Below the pieces are notes generated by a model. That model searched no databases and was not told where the DNA came from. It saw only the letters and a program-made list of their open reading frames with translations. From Xanthobacteraceae bacterium (GTDB taxonomy: Bacteria; Pseudomonadota; Alphaproteobacteria; Rhizobiales; Xanthobacteraceae), in contig JBBDNZ010000207.1 in the NCBI GenBank assembly GCA_040877285.1, positions 1 through 52,821 on the forward strand: a stretch of 52,821 nucleotides of DNA, read 5' to 3'. A program made the position numbers and the translations under genes. How positions within the stretch are numbered: the first letter of the stretch is position 1; each line of letters begins with the position of its first letter. This document shows positions 17,843-26,307 of this stretch, in pieces.

Positions 17843-18973
17843 ATGCTGACGCTTGAAACTATCTCCGATGTTTCACGATTCATGGCGCTGGAAAGCGAAT
17901 GGAATGCGCTGGCCGAGCGCTTTCAAACGCCGCTGCTGCGCCATGAATGGTTCGCCGCCTGTCTAAAAGCTTTCGCTTCGGGCAAGGACCTCGCGATATT
18001 CGCCGCTTTCGAGGACGGGCGCCTGCGCGCTGCCGCACCCTTTGTCATCGACCGCGGGGCCCTTGTGCCAAAGCTTGCGGCGCTGGGGCATGAGAGCACC
18101 GAGCCGGGCGGTTTCATATACGCCGACAATGCGGCACTTGATCTCGTGGCGCAGGCGGTCTTGCGTCACGGCCTGCCGGTCATGATCCCGCGTCTGCGCG
18201 TGGAATCGCCCGAGCTGCGGGCATTACGGGTCAATACAGGATCGCGCGGCGTCTGGCTCATGCGATCCGGCAACACGGCAACCGCGGCGTTGCCGCTCGG
18301 CTGCGATTTTAAGACGTTCGAATCCCGCATGGCGCGAGCGCACCGCTCGAATATCCGCAGAAGGCTCAAGCTGGCGGGCAACGACGGGCCGGTCAGCTTT
18401 GAAATCTTGAGTCCGAATGAGGCTGATGTCCATCGCCACCTTCGCGAAGTATATGAAGTTGAAGCGTCGGGCTGGAAGAGCCGGACCGGCACGGCGATAT
18501 TGAACGATCCACGCATCGAACGCTTCTGCACGGAAATCGCGACGTGGGGCGCGAGAGCGGGAATCCTGCGCATTTGTTTTATGCGTATCGGCGCAAAGGC
18601 GGCGGCGGCGGCCTTGCTGCTGGAATATGCCGGGCGCCTCTGGGTGTTGAAACAGGGCTATGACGAACGCTGGTCTGCTTGCGCGCCGGGGATCCTGCTG
18701 GCACAGGAATCTATTCGCTATGCATGCGATAAGGGTCTGGTCGCCTTTGAGTTTCTCGGCGCCGCGGAAAAATTTCAAACGCGGTGGCCGATCGAGCTTA
18801 CGGTTTACTCGCGTCTGCGGTTTTATCCGCTGTCGCTGCGCGGTCTCGCCGCCTTCTGCGACGATGCGTGCCGTTTACCCTTCAACCACCTGAAGGCAAG
18901 ATGGCGCAGCAGGAGCGGCTCGCTATCCGAGTTCATCCGACCCGCCGCCAAGACAAGCGTAAAAGACCCGTAA
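17843..18973 (+). CDS. GNAT-superfamily acyltransferase, CelD/BcsL (FemAB-related) type, copy 1
   Basis: Start trimmed to MLTLETISD. The core is EVEASGWKSRTGTAILND ... GILLAQESIRYACDKGLVAFEFLG. It is colinear with the 20475-21686 paralogue. Confidence 0.75.
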   Translation: MLTLETISDVSRFMALESEWNALAERFQTPLLRHEWFAACLKAFASGKDLAIFAAFEDGRLRAAAPFVIDRGALVPKLAALGHESTEPGGFIYADNAALDLVAQAVLRHGLPVMIPRLRVESPELRALRVNTGSRGVWLMRSGNTATAALPLGCDFKTFESRMARAHRSNIRRRLKLAGNDGPVSFEILSPNEADVHRHLREVYEVEASGWKSRTGTAILNDPRIERFCTEIATWGARAGILRICFMRIGAKAAAAALLLEYAGRLWVLKQGYDERWSACAPGILLAQESIRYACDKGLVAFEFLGAAEKFQTRWPIELTVYSRLRFYPLSLRGLAAFCDDACRLPFNHLKARWRSRSGSLSEFIRPAAKTSVKDP

Positions 18974-19062
18974 ATCGATTGCCTCAAAGCTTAACATCTC
19001 CGAACTGAATATTAAGGGTTCGTTGCTAAGCCATCCGTGCAACGCGCGCCGTTTTCGGCGCC

Positions 19063-20478
19063 GTGATGGAGACGGGCTTGGCCTTCATCGGTACCGGAAA
19101 CAATCCGCCGCCGGCGCGCGCCACGATCGCCGCGCTTGTCGCGCAGATCAAGTTCTGGCTTGTGGACGGCAGCGAGACTTCCCGCGCCAACCGCATGGCC
19201 GGGACCGCTTTCACGATCCGCGCCACAGGCGCCGTCCTGGCCTATGCCTCCCAGATCCTGTTTGCCCTTTGGATGGGGCCGTTCCAGTTCGGCGTCTATG
19301 TCTATGTCTGGACCTGGGTCTTGCTGCTGAGCGGCGTAATCGACATAGGCCTCTGCGCGGCTTCACAACGTTTCATTCCCGAATACACGCAGCGCAAGAC
19401 CTATGACCTGTTGCGCGGCTTCCATGCCGGAAGCCGCTGGCTTGCCTTCGGGATATCCAGCGCCGTAGCAATGGCCTGCGTTCTGGTCATTACGCTGCTG
19501 CGGCCCCGGCTCGATGATTACGAGCTTTGGCCGCTTTATCTCGCCTGCCTGGCGCTGCCGGTCTGCGGACTGATGCAGGTGCAGACCGGCATTGCGCGCG
19601 CGCACAATTGGGTTCAGCTCGCGCAGCTTCCGACCTATGTCATCCGCCAGCTTCTGCTCATCGCCCTGATGGGCGCGGCCTTCCTCGCCGCCGTGCCCAC
19701 CGATGCCGTTACCGCAGTGCTGGTCTCGGTCGCCGCCGTTTGGATCATCGGAATCGGCCAACTCATCATCCTGAACCGGCGGCTGGCAGCGAAGATCGAG
19801 CCCGGAGCCAAGGTGTATGAAGTCAAGAACTGGCTCACGGTGTCGCTACCGATGCTCATGGTGGATGGCTTCTACCTGCTGCTGACCTACAGCAGCGTGC
19901 TGCTGCTGCAACTGTTCCAGCCTCCGCATGAAATCGCCGTCTATTATGCGGCGGAGAAGACGCTGGCGCTGGTCGCCTTCGTGCATTTCGCCGTCACCCA
20001 GACCACGGCACACAAATTCAGCCAGTATCATGTCGCCGGCGACCGCGAAAAACTTTCCGCGGCCTTGACGCATGCGATCAAACTAACGTTTTGGCCGTCC
20101 CTAGCCGCGACCATCCTCGTCCTGGCGGCAGGCGTCCCGCTGCTATGGCTATTCGGACGCGACTTTGTCGCCGGATACCCACTGATGTTCATCTTTGCCG
20201 TCGGTCTGCTGGCGCGTGCGGCGGTCGGCCCGCTCGCCGCTTTCCTCAACATGATCGGCGAACAGCGCGCCTGCGCCGGTATCTACGCCGCCGCATTTAC
20301 CGCCAATATCGTGCTGTGCCTCGTCCTCATTCCATCCCTCGGCATTGCCGGTGCGGCAATCTCGATCTCGGCGGCGCTGGTGATCGAATCGGCGGCGCTG
20401 TTCTTCCTCACCAAGCAGCGCATCGGCCTGCACGGCCTGATTTGGGGCGCTCACCGGGATAGCGGCGCACCGCGATGA
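19063..20478 (+). CDS. polysaccharide/oligosaccharide flippase-type membrane protein (Wzx/MOP-like)
   Basis: About 470 aa with 12 or more hydrophobic segments and the profile of 'lipopolysaccharide biosynthesis protein' flippases. Its stop overlaps the next start (ATGA at 20475-20478). Confidence 0.7.
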   Translation: MMETGLAFIGTGNNPPPARATIAALVAQIKFWLVDGSETSRANRMAGTAFTIRATGAVLAYASQILFALWMGPFQFGVYVYVWTWVLLLSGVIDIGLCAASQRFIPEYTQRKTYDLLRGFHAGSRWLAFGISSAVAMACVLVITLLRPRLDDYELWPLYLACLALPVCGLMQVQTGIARAHNWVQLAQLPTYVIRQLLLIALMGAAFLAAVPTDAVTAVLVSVAAVWIIGIGQLIILNRRLAAKIEPGAKVYEVKNWLTVSLPMLMVDGFYLLLTYSSVLLLQLFQPPHEIAVYYAAEKTLALVAFVHFAVTQTTAHKFSQYHVAGDREKLSAALTHAIKLTFWPSLAATILVLAAGVPLLWLFGRDFVAGYPLMFIFAVGLLARAAVGPLAAFLNMIGEQRACAGIYAAAFTANIVLCLVLIPSLGIAGAAISISAALVIESAALFFLTKQRIGLHGLIWGAHRDSGAPR

Positions 20479-21686
20479 CCGCGCTCGACAACGCCACGGC
20501 GGCAATCGCAAGCGCGCGGCGCGCCGCCGCGGCCCATCGCCGTTCGGTGACGGCCTTCGAAGTCGAGTTGCGGCCGCTGAGCGCGCTTGAATCGATGGCC
20601 GAGCCGTGGCGAAACCTCGCCGCCCATACGGTCGAACCCAATGTCTTCTACGAACCGGCCTTCGCGCTTGCCGCCGCGCCGCTCCTGGGAGCGGACGTTC
20701 TGGCGGGCCTGGTATGGACCAGCGGCGCGGCGCGGCAACTCGCCGGGCTTTTTCCGGTGCGGATCGACCGCCACCGCTATGCCATGCCGCTTCCCGTGCT
20801 CACAGCATGGATCCATCCCTATGCGCCGCTGGGCACGCCGCTCGTGCATCGCGAAATGGCCGAGCCGGTTATCGCGGCCTGGCTCGATCATGTCGCACGG
20901 GACGCAAGCCTGCCGGACCTATTGCTCATGCGTCTGTTCCCCGAGGAAGGCCCGTTCGCGGCGGCGCTTGCGGGTGAGCTCGCGTGCAGAGGCTGCGCGG
21001 CAAGGTCTTTCGATCGTCACCAGCGCGCCGTGCTCGATCCCGGCGAGAATCGCACCCGCTATTTCGAGCGCACTTTGACCGGCAAAAGACAAAGGGAATT
21101 GCGCCGGCAACGGCGGCGGCTGGAGCAGCTCGGGCCGGTGACAGTGGCGCAAGCGCACGACGGTTCTCAACTTGCGCATAGCCTCGACGAATTCTTTGCA
21201 CTGGAAGCAACCGGCTGGAAAGGCCGTGCCGGCACCGCCGCGCTGATCAACGAAAACATATGCCATTTCATGCAGCGTGCCGTCGCTGCGCTCGGCCGCG
21301 AGGGCAAGGTCTCGATTCACCGCTTGCTCCTCGACGGCAAGACGATCGCGGCATGCATCGTCTTGAAAAGTGGCAATACCGCGTGGACCTGGAAAGTCGC
21401 TCATGACGAAGCCTTCTCCGCCTTTTCGCCGGGTGTCCTGCTCATGGCGACCTTAAGCGAATTGGTACTCGCGGATACCACTGTCGCCCGCATCGATTCC
21501 TGCGCAACGGGCGCGCACATGATGATGAATCAACTTTGGCACGAGCGCCTTATGATGGCGGATTGTCTTTTTACGGCCGACGCGGGCGGGGAAATCTCCT
21601 TCGCGCTGGCGACCCGGCTTGAAGCCTTGCGCCGCACCGCCGTCGCCGCCGCGAAGTCATTGCGCGATCAGATTCGGCGACGCTGA
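20475..21686 (+). CDS. GNAT-superfamily acyltransferase, CelD/BcsL (FemAB-related) type, copy 2
   Basis: FFALEATGWKGRAGTAALINE ... SPGVLLMATLSELV parallels copy 1. It is translationally coupled to the flippase. Confidence 0.75.
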   Translation: MTALDNATAAIASARRAAAAHRRSVTAFEVELRPLSALESMAEPWRNLAAHTVEPNVFYEPAFALAAAPLLGADVLAGLVWTSGAARQLAGLFPVRIDRHRYAMPLPVLTAWIHPYAPLGTPLVHREMAEPVIAAWLDHVARDASLPDLLLMRLFPEEGPFAAALAGELACRGCAARSFDRHQRAVLDPGENRTRYFERTLTGKRQRELRRQRRRLEQLGPVTVAQAHDGSQLAHSLDEFFALEATGWKGRAGTAALINENICHFMQRAVAALGREGKVSIHRLLLDGKTIAACIVLKSGNTAWTWKVAHDEAFSAFSPGVLLMATLSELVLADTTVARIDSCATGAHMMMNQLWHERLMMADCLFTADAGGEISFALATRLEALRRTAVAAAKSLRDQIRRR

Positions 21687-22271
21687 TTCCAAAACCGTGA
21701 CGCCCGGTTCCTCGGTGGGCTGCCCCTGCATGCCCGGTACACCACCCTGTTTCTCCTGCGGCGCTGCCAGGATTAATGTCCAGAAGACCTTGTATTTGGT
21801 GTTGGGTTGATAGACGGCGGCGATGCCCATCCGCGTCACGTCCTTGAGCAGCATCTTGGCGCGGTGCGGCGGAGAATCGCGCCAGCCGGAAAAGGCCTCG
21901 GCCAGCGTGTAGTATCCGGCTCCAATATTTTCCGCGCTCGCCTTGTAAGGATAACCAGACGCCTTCATCCGAGACATGAGGGACCCGCCGGCATTGTGAT
22001 CGAGCTTGTCGCTCCGCGCCATGGCATGCGCCTGCTGATCGGCAAGACGCATCAACGCCGGATCGATCGTGACCGGCCCCAGGCCGTTGTTCTTCCGGTA
22101 GCCGGATATCATGGACGCGGCGGTATTCGCGTCGAGCTGTACTCCGGTCTGGGCAAGGCTGCGGTAGAAGCTCGGCTGCCCCGTTCCGGAGTCGGGGTCG
22201 GCGCAACCGGCCAGAAATGCGGCAGCGGTTGCGCAAACAAGCATATTTGCAAAGGATCGGCACGTATACAT
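21657..22271 (-). CDS. CAP (SCP/PR1-like) domain lipoprotein
   Basis: Lipobox AAFLAGC. CAP blocks are QQAHAMARSDKLDH, SAENIGAGYYTLAEAFSGWRDSPPHRAKML and MGIAAV. Confidence 0.8.
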   Translation of the reverse strand: MYTCRSFANMLVCATAAAFLAGCADPDSGTGQPSFYRSLAQTGVQLDANTAASMISGYRKNNGLGPVTIDPALMRLADQQAHAMARSDKLDHNAGGSLMSRMKASGYPYKASAENIGAGYYTLAEAFSGWRDSPPHRAKMLLKDVTRMGIAAVYQPNTKYKVFWTLILAAPQEKQGGVPGMQGQPTEEPGVTVLESASPNLIAQ

Positions 22272-22417
22272 GTGGGAGAATCTCCGGACCGGTTTTGTGT
22301 CTTACCCAGCACTACTGATAGCAGGCGGGTAGGAATAGTTAAGCATCCGCTAACCGACTGTTAACCGCAAAAAAACCGCGTGAGCCTAGCATCACTTCAA
22401 ACCGTCCCGGGTAATTC

Positions 22418-24388
22418 ATGTTCCAAGTCTATAATTGTCTGACGACTCAACACGACCTGCGGCTTGTCGTTATTGCCGGTCTCGTATGCCTGCTGGCAAG
22501 CCTTGTTACGATTACGTTGTTTCATCGCGCCAAGGCAACGAGCGGACGCGCACGCGTCATCTGGCTGGTCATCGCGGGCGCGGCTTCCGGATGCGGCATC
22601 TGGACCACTCATTTCGTCGCGATGCTCGCTTACGATCCCGGCGTCGCAGTCGGCTATGATGTCAGCTTGACGTTGCTGTCGCTTCTCATCGCGATGGTCC
22701 TCACCGCATTGGGTCTTGCCACCGCCGTCTACGGTTCCAAACCCTGGGCCGTCCCCGCCGGGGGTACACTGGTCGGCGCCGGAGTTGCCGGCATGCATTA
22801 CCTCGGCATGCGGGCGCTGGAAATTCCAGGGCACGTGAACTGGTCGTGGGATCTTGTCATAGCGTCCATCTTGTTCGGCATCGTGCTGAGCGTGGCGGCG
22901 CTGGAAGTTGCATCGCGCGGCAGAAGTATGCGCACGATATTGGCGGCTGGTGTATTGCTGACGCTGGCCATCGTGGCCCTCCACTTCACCGCCATGGGGG
23001 CGGTTGAGATCGTTCCTGACCCGGCCCGGGTCATTAATCCGCTGTCGCTCTCGCCGGTTTGGCTGTCCCTGGTGGTCGCGACGGCAACGATCGCGGTACT
23101 GGGCACGAGCGCCGTCGCCGCATTCGGGGACGGGCGCGTCCGCGAGCAGAACGAGCGGCTGGAAAACGCGCTTAACAACATGTCGCATGGTCTTTGCATG
23201 TTCGATGCGACCGGCCGCCTTGTCATTTGCAATAAGCCGTTTCTCGAGCTCTACCACCTGCCGCCCGACGCCGTGACGCCGGGTTGCAGCCTCTTTGACT
23301 ATCTTCAGCAGCGCACTGCGGCTCGCACATTTGGCGGAGACGTTCAGAAGTACCATGACAACATCATGGAGCTGATGAGCAAGGGCGGCCGCAGCAGCAC
23401 AGAAATGGTGCTGCCTGACGGGCGTATCATCTCCGTATTGAATCAGGCGATGCCCCATGGCGGCTGGGTGGGCGTGCACGAAGACGTCACCGAACGGCGG
23501 CGTGCGCTGGAAGAGCGCGCGGCGATGATCGAACAGAAGCAACGCCGCACGATGATAGATGCCGCCATTTTCGCCTTCCGTGAACGAGTCGAGTCGGTGC
23601 TGCGGACGGTCGGCGACAGTACGACGTCCATGCGCTCGACGGCGAGCGAGCTGTTCGGCTCTTCCGATGAGACCTCCCAGTGCGCGGAAAACGCGCTAAA
23701 GACCTCGAACGAGGCTTCCACCAACGTCGCGACCGCGGCCACCGCCGCCGACGAATTGTCCAGTTCGATCGCGGAAATCAGCCGCCAGCTTCATCGCACC
23801 GCCGACGTCGTGCGCACGGCGGTCAGCGAGGCGCAGGCCACCAACGACGAGATCGCCGGCCTGACGAGCGCGGCGGAGAAGATCGGCGAAGTGGTCAAAT
23901 TGATTCAGAACATCGCGGGCCAGACCAACTTGCTCGCACTCAACGCGACCATCGAGGCGGCGCGCGCGGGAGAAGCCGGCCGGGGCTTTGCCGTCGTTGC
24001 TTCCGAGGTGAAATCGCTCGCCGTGCAGACGGCCAAAGCCACCGAGGATATCGTCAGTCATATTTCGGCGGTTCAGACTTCCACGGGCGGGGCTGTTGAC
24101 GCCATCCGGCGCATCGCCGAACGCATGCAGCAAATCAACGAATACACTTCGGATGTCGCGGCCTCCGTCGAGCAACAGAATGCGGCCACCAGCGCTATCT
24201 CGCAAAATGTCTCCAGCGCCGCCGATGGGGCCGCGGTCATCGTTTCAATGCTCGGCCAAGTCACCGGCTCGGCCACTGGAGCGCGATCTTCGGCGCAAAC
24301 CATGCTTGCCGCTTCCGAGGTGGTGGAAGCCGCCGCCGACAAGCTGCGCACGGAAGTGGAGGATTTTCTCCGTAAAGTCGCCGTTTAG
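22418..24388 (+). CDS. MHYT-domain / PAS / chemoreceptor-signalling-domain protein
   Basis: Three MHYT-type repeats in TM helices ([36 protein letters not shown]), a PAS-like [23 protein letters not shown], then [37 protein letters not shown]. Confidence 0.85.
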   Translation: MFQVYNCLTTQHDLRLVVIAGLVCLLASLVTITLFHRAKATSGRARVIWLVIAGAASGCGIWTTHFVAMLAYDPGVAVGYDVSLTLLSLLIAMVLTALGLATAVYGSKPWAVPAGGTLVGAGVAGMHYLGMRALEIPGHVNWSWDLVIASILFGIVLSVAALEVASRGRSMRTILAAGVLLTLAIVALHFTAMGAVEIVPDPARVINPLSLSPVWLSLVVATATIAVLGTSAVAAFGDGRVREQNERLENALNNMSHGLCMFDATGRLVICNKPFLELYHLPPDAVTPGCSLFDYLQQRTAARTFGGDVQKYHDNIMELMSKGGRSSTEMVLPDGRIISVLNQAMPHGGWVGVHEDVTERRRALEERAAMIEQKQRRTMIDAAIFAFRERVESVLRTVGDSTTSMRSTASELFGSSDETSQCAENALKTSNEASTNVATAATAADELSSSIAEISRQLHRTADVVRTAVSEAQATNDEIAGLTSAAEKIGEVVKLIQNIAGQTNLLALNATIEAARAGEAGRGFAVVASEVKSLAVQTAKATEDIVSHISAVQTSTGGAVDAIRRIAERMQQINEYTSDVAASVEQQNAATSAISQNVSSAADGAAVIVSMLGQVTGSATGARSSAQTMLAASEVVEAAADKLRTEVEDFLRKVAV

Positions 24389-24427
24389 TTTGACCCAGCC
24401 GCTTCGTTAGCGCCGCTCTCGATCTTT

Positions 24428-25444
24428 TCAGTTCAATCCGAACAGCCGTTGCGCGTTGCGGAAGCAGATTTTTTCCCGCTTCTCCTGCGGCATGTCGATC
24501 GATTCCAGAACCTTGATGGTATCGCGGATATAGCCGGGGCCTTTCTCCGGATCGAACGGCGAGTCGGATGCGAACAGCACCTTGTCCGGGTGATAGAAAT
24601 CGAGCCCGCACACCGTCGCCGCACGCGAGCCAAACACCGCCGTGTCGGCGTAGAAATCCTTGAAATAGTCGAACGGCCTTCGTTTCAGCCGCTTCAGCAC
24701 CAGCGTTAAATCCTCGTCCGACGTGCGCTTGCCGAGCTGGTCCCAACCCGGGCCGATGCGCCCTTCGAAATAGGGGATCATGGCGCCGAGATGGTGCGCC
24801 AGCACTTTCAAGTCCGGCAGCCGGTCCAGCATCCCGGAGAAGACCAGCCGCGCCATGGCGGTGCTGGTCTCATAGGGCCAGCCGAAGGCCCACCAGATCT
24901 CGAATTTCGATTTACTCTCGGTCTTGTAGTCGGGCATGTCGGCGCCGCGGCTGGGATGCAGCAGGATCGGCTTGTCGTATTGAGCGGCGACTTCGAAAAT
25001 GGGAAAGAACTGCGGCTCGTCCAGCGGCGCGCCGTTCACATTCGAATGAATCTGTAAACCGTTGGCGCCGGCTTGGGTGAAGGCGCGCTCGGCTTCCTTA
25101 ACCGCCGCGTCCGGATCGTTCATTGGCAGCGAGGCGACATAGCCGGCGAAGCGGCCGGAATATTTCGCCACCAGCTCCGCCATGCCGTCGTTGCCCAGCC
25201 GCGCGAATTCCGCCGTCACCCGCGGTGTGCCGAGCGCCTCCAGCGGCGGCATCCCGAGCGAGAGAATCTGCGTGTAGTTCTTGTCCTTGAACAGATCCAT
25301 GATCCGGAAGCGCTCGTCCAGGTCATAGATGCAGGGAATGCCGCGCATGCGCTTGCCGATGTCGCGCGCCGCGCCTTCCGAGGCGAGCATCTTGTCCCAC
25401 AACCGCTTGGGGAAGAAGTGATTGAAGGCGTCGATGTAACGCAT
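24428..25444 (-). CDS. amidohydrolase_2 family protein (ACMSD/LigW-like metal-dependent hydrolase or decarboxylase)
   Basis: Start trimmed to MRYIDAFNHFFPK. Blocks NGLQIHSNVNG, ILLHPS, KVLAHHLGAMIPY and VLFASDSPFD fit the TIM-barrel amidohydrolase_2 pattern. Confidence 0.7.
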   Translation of the reverse strand: MRYIDAFNHFFPKRLWDKMLASEGAARDIGKRMRGIPCIYDLDERFRIMDLFKDKNYTQILSLGMPPLEALGTPRVTAEFARLGNDGMAELVAKYSGRFAGYVASLPMNDPDAAVKEAERAFTQAGANGLQIHSNVNGAPLDEPQFFPIFEVAAQYDKPILLHPSRGADMPDYKTESKSKFEIWWAFGWPYETSTAMARLVFSGMLDRLPDLKVLAHHLGAMIPYFEGRIGPGWDQLGKRTSDEDLTLVLKRLKRRPFDYFKDFYADTAVFGSRAATVCGLDFYHPDKVLFASDSPFDPEKGPGYIRDTIKVLESIDMPQEKREKICFRNAQRLFGLN

Positions 25445-25452
25445 GCAGGCCG

Positions 25453-26202
25453 CTAACCTTTGAGCAAGACCACTTCGTCGGGCCGCTCCAGCATCTTGCG
25501 GCCGGCGCGGCGGCACCAGTTCTCCCAGGCGCGGTTGAACGAATAGGGTCCGGTGCGCTCGATGATAGTATCGACCTCGCCCGGCGTGAGGAAGGTGATC
25601 TCGCCCATGTTCATCGCCTGCATCTGCAATTTGGCGCCGAGCTCCAGATAATAGGCGATATAAACCGCCTCGCGGATGTCCTTGCCGACCACGACGCAGC
25701 CGTGACCGCGCATCAGAGCGGTGGGCCGGTTGCCCAGCAACTTCGCCAAGTCACGTCCCATTTCCACGCTCGACACCAGCAGCGAGGTATCGCCGAATTT
25801 GTCGTGCGAATCCCATATCGGCACCTCGTGACCGATGCAGCCGCACATGTGATGCAGCGGCCTGATCCTGTTTTTCTTGGTCACGCCGAAGGGGATCACG
25901 CTCGGGCTGTGATTGTGAATGACGGCCTTGACCTCCGGCCGCGCCTCGTAGATCGAGCCGTGGATGAATCGTTCCAGGTACGGTTTTTTGTTGCCCCCGC
26001 CGACAACCGCGCCATCAAGGGTGAATTCCATGATGTCGGATTCCTCGATGAGGTCGGGCGCGCGCGCCCGCGACAGCAGGAAACGGTCCGGCCGGTCCGG
26101 ATGGCGGATGCTGGGGTGGCCGAAAGAATCGACAATCCCCTCCCGAGCCAGGATGCGGTTGGCGGTGACAAGCTCGTCGATGGCGGCGTCAAGTTTGGTC
26201 AT
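25453..26202 (-). CDS. class II aldolase/adducin family protein
   Basis: GHPSIRHP ... AVIHNHSPSVIPF ... MRGHGCVVVG blocks are typical of the class II aldolase/adducin N-terminal domain. It lies 8 nt upstream of the amidohydrolase gene. Confidence 0.8.
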   Translation of the reverse strand: MTKLDAAIDELVTANRILAREGIVDSFGHPSIRHPDRPDRFLLSRARAPDLIEESDIMEFTLDGAVVGGGNKKPYLERFIHGSIYEARPEVKAVIHNHSPSVIPFGVTKKNRIRPLHHMCGCIGHEVPIWDSHDKFGDTSLLVSSVEMGRDLAKLLGNRPTALMRGHGCVVVGKDIREAVYIAYYLELGAKLQMQAMNMGEITFLTPGEVDTIIERTGPYSFNRAWENWCRRAGRKMLERPDEVVLLKG

Positions 26203-26307
26203 GCGTTTTTCCTTGCCAAAACGCGGGATCTACGCGGAAGGCGGGGGTGTCTAGACGAGGCCGTTTATTCTATATAACTGACGTTTCCCCAAGCAATCGG
26301 AGTTTCC

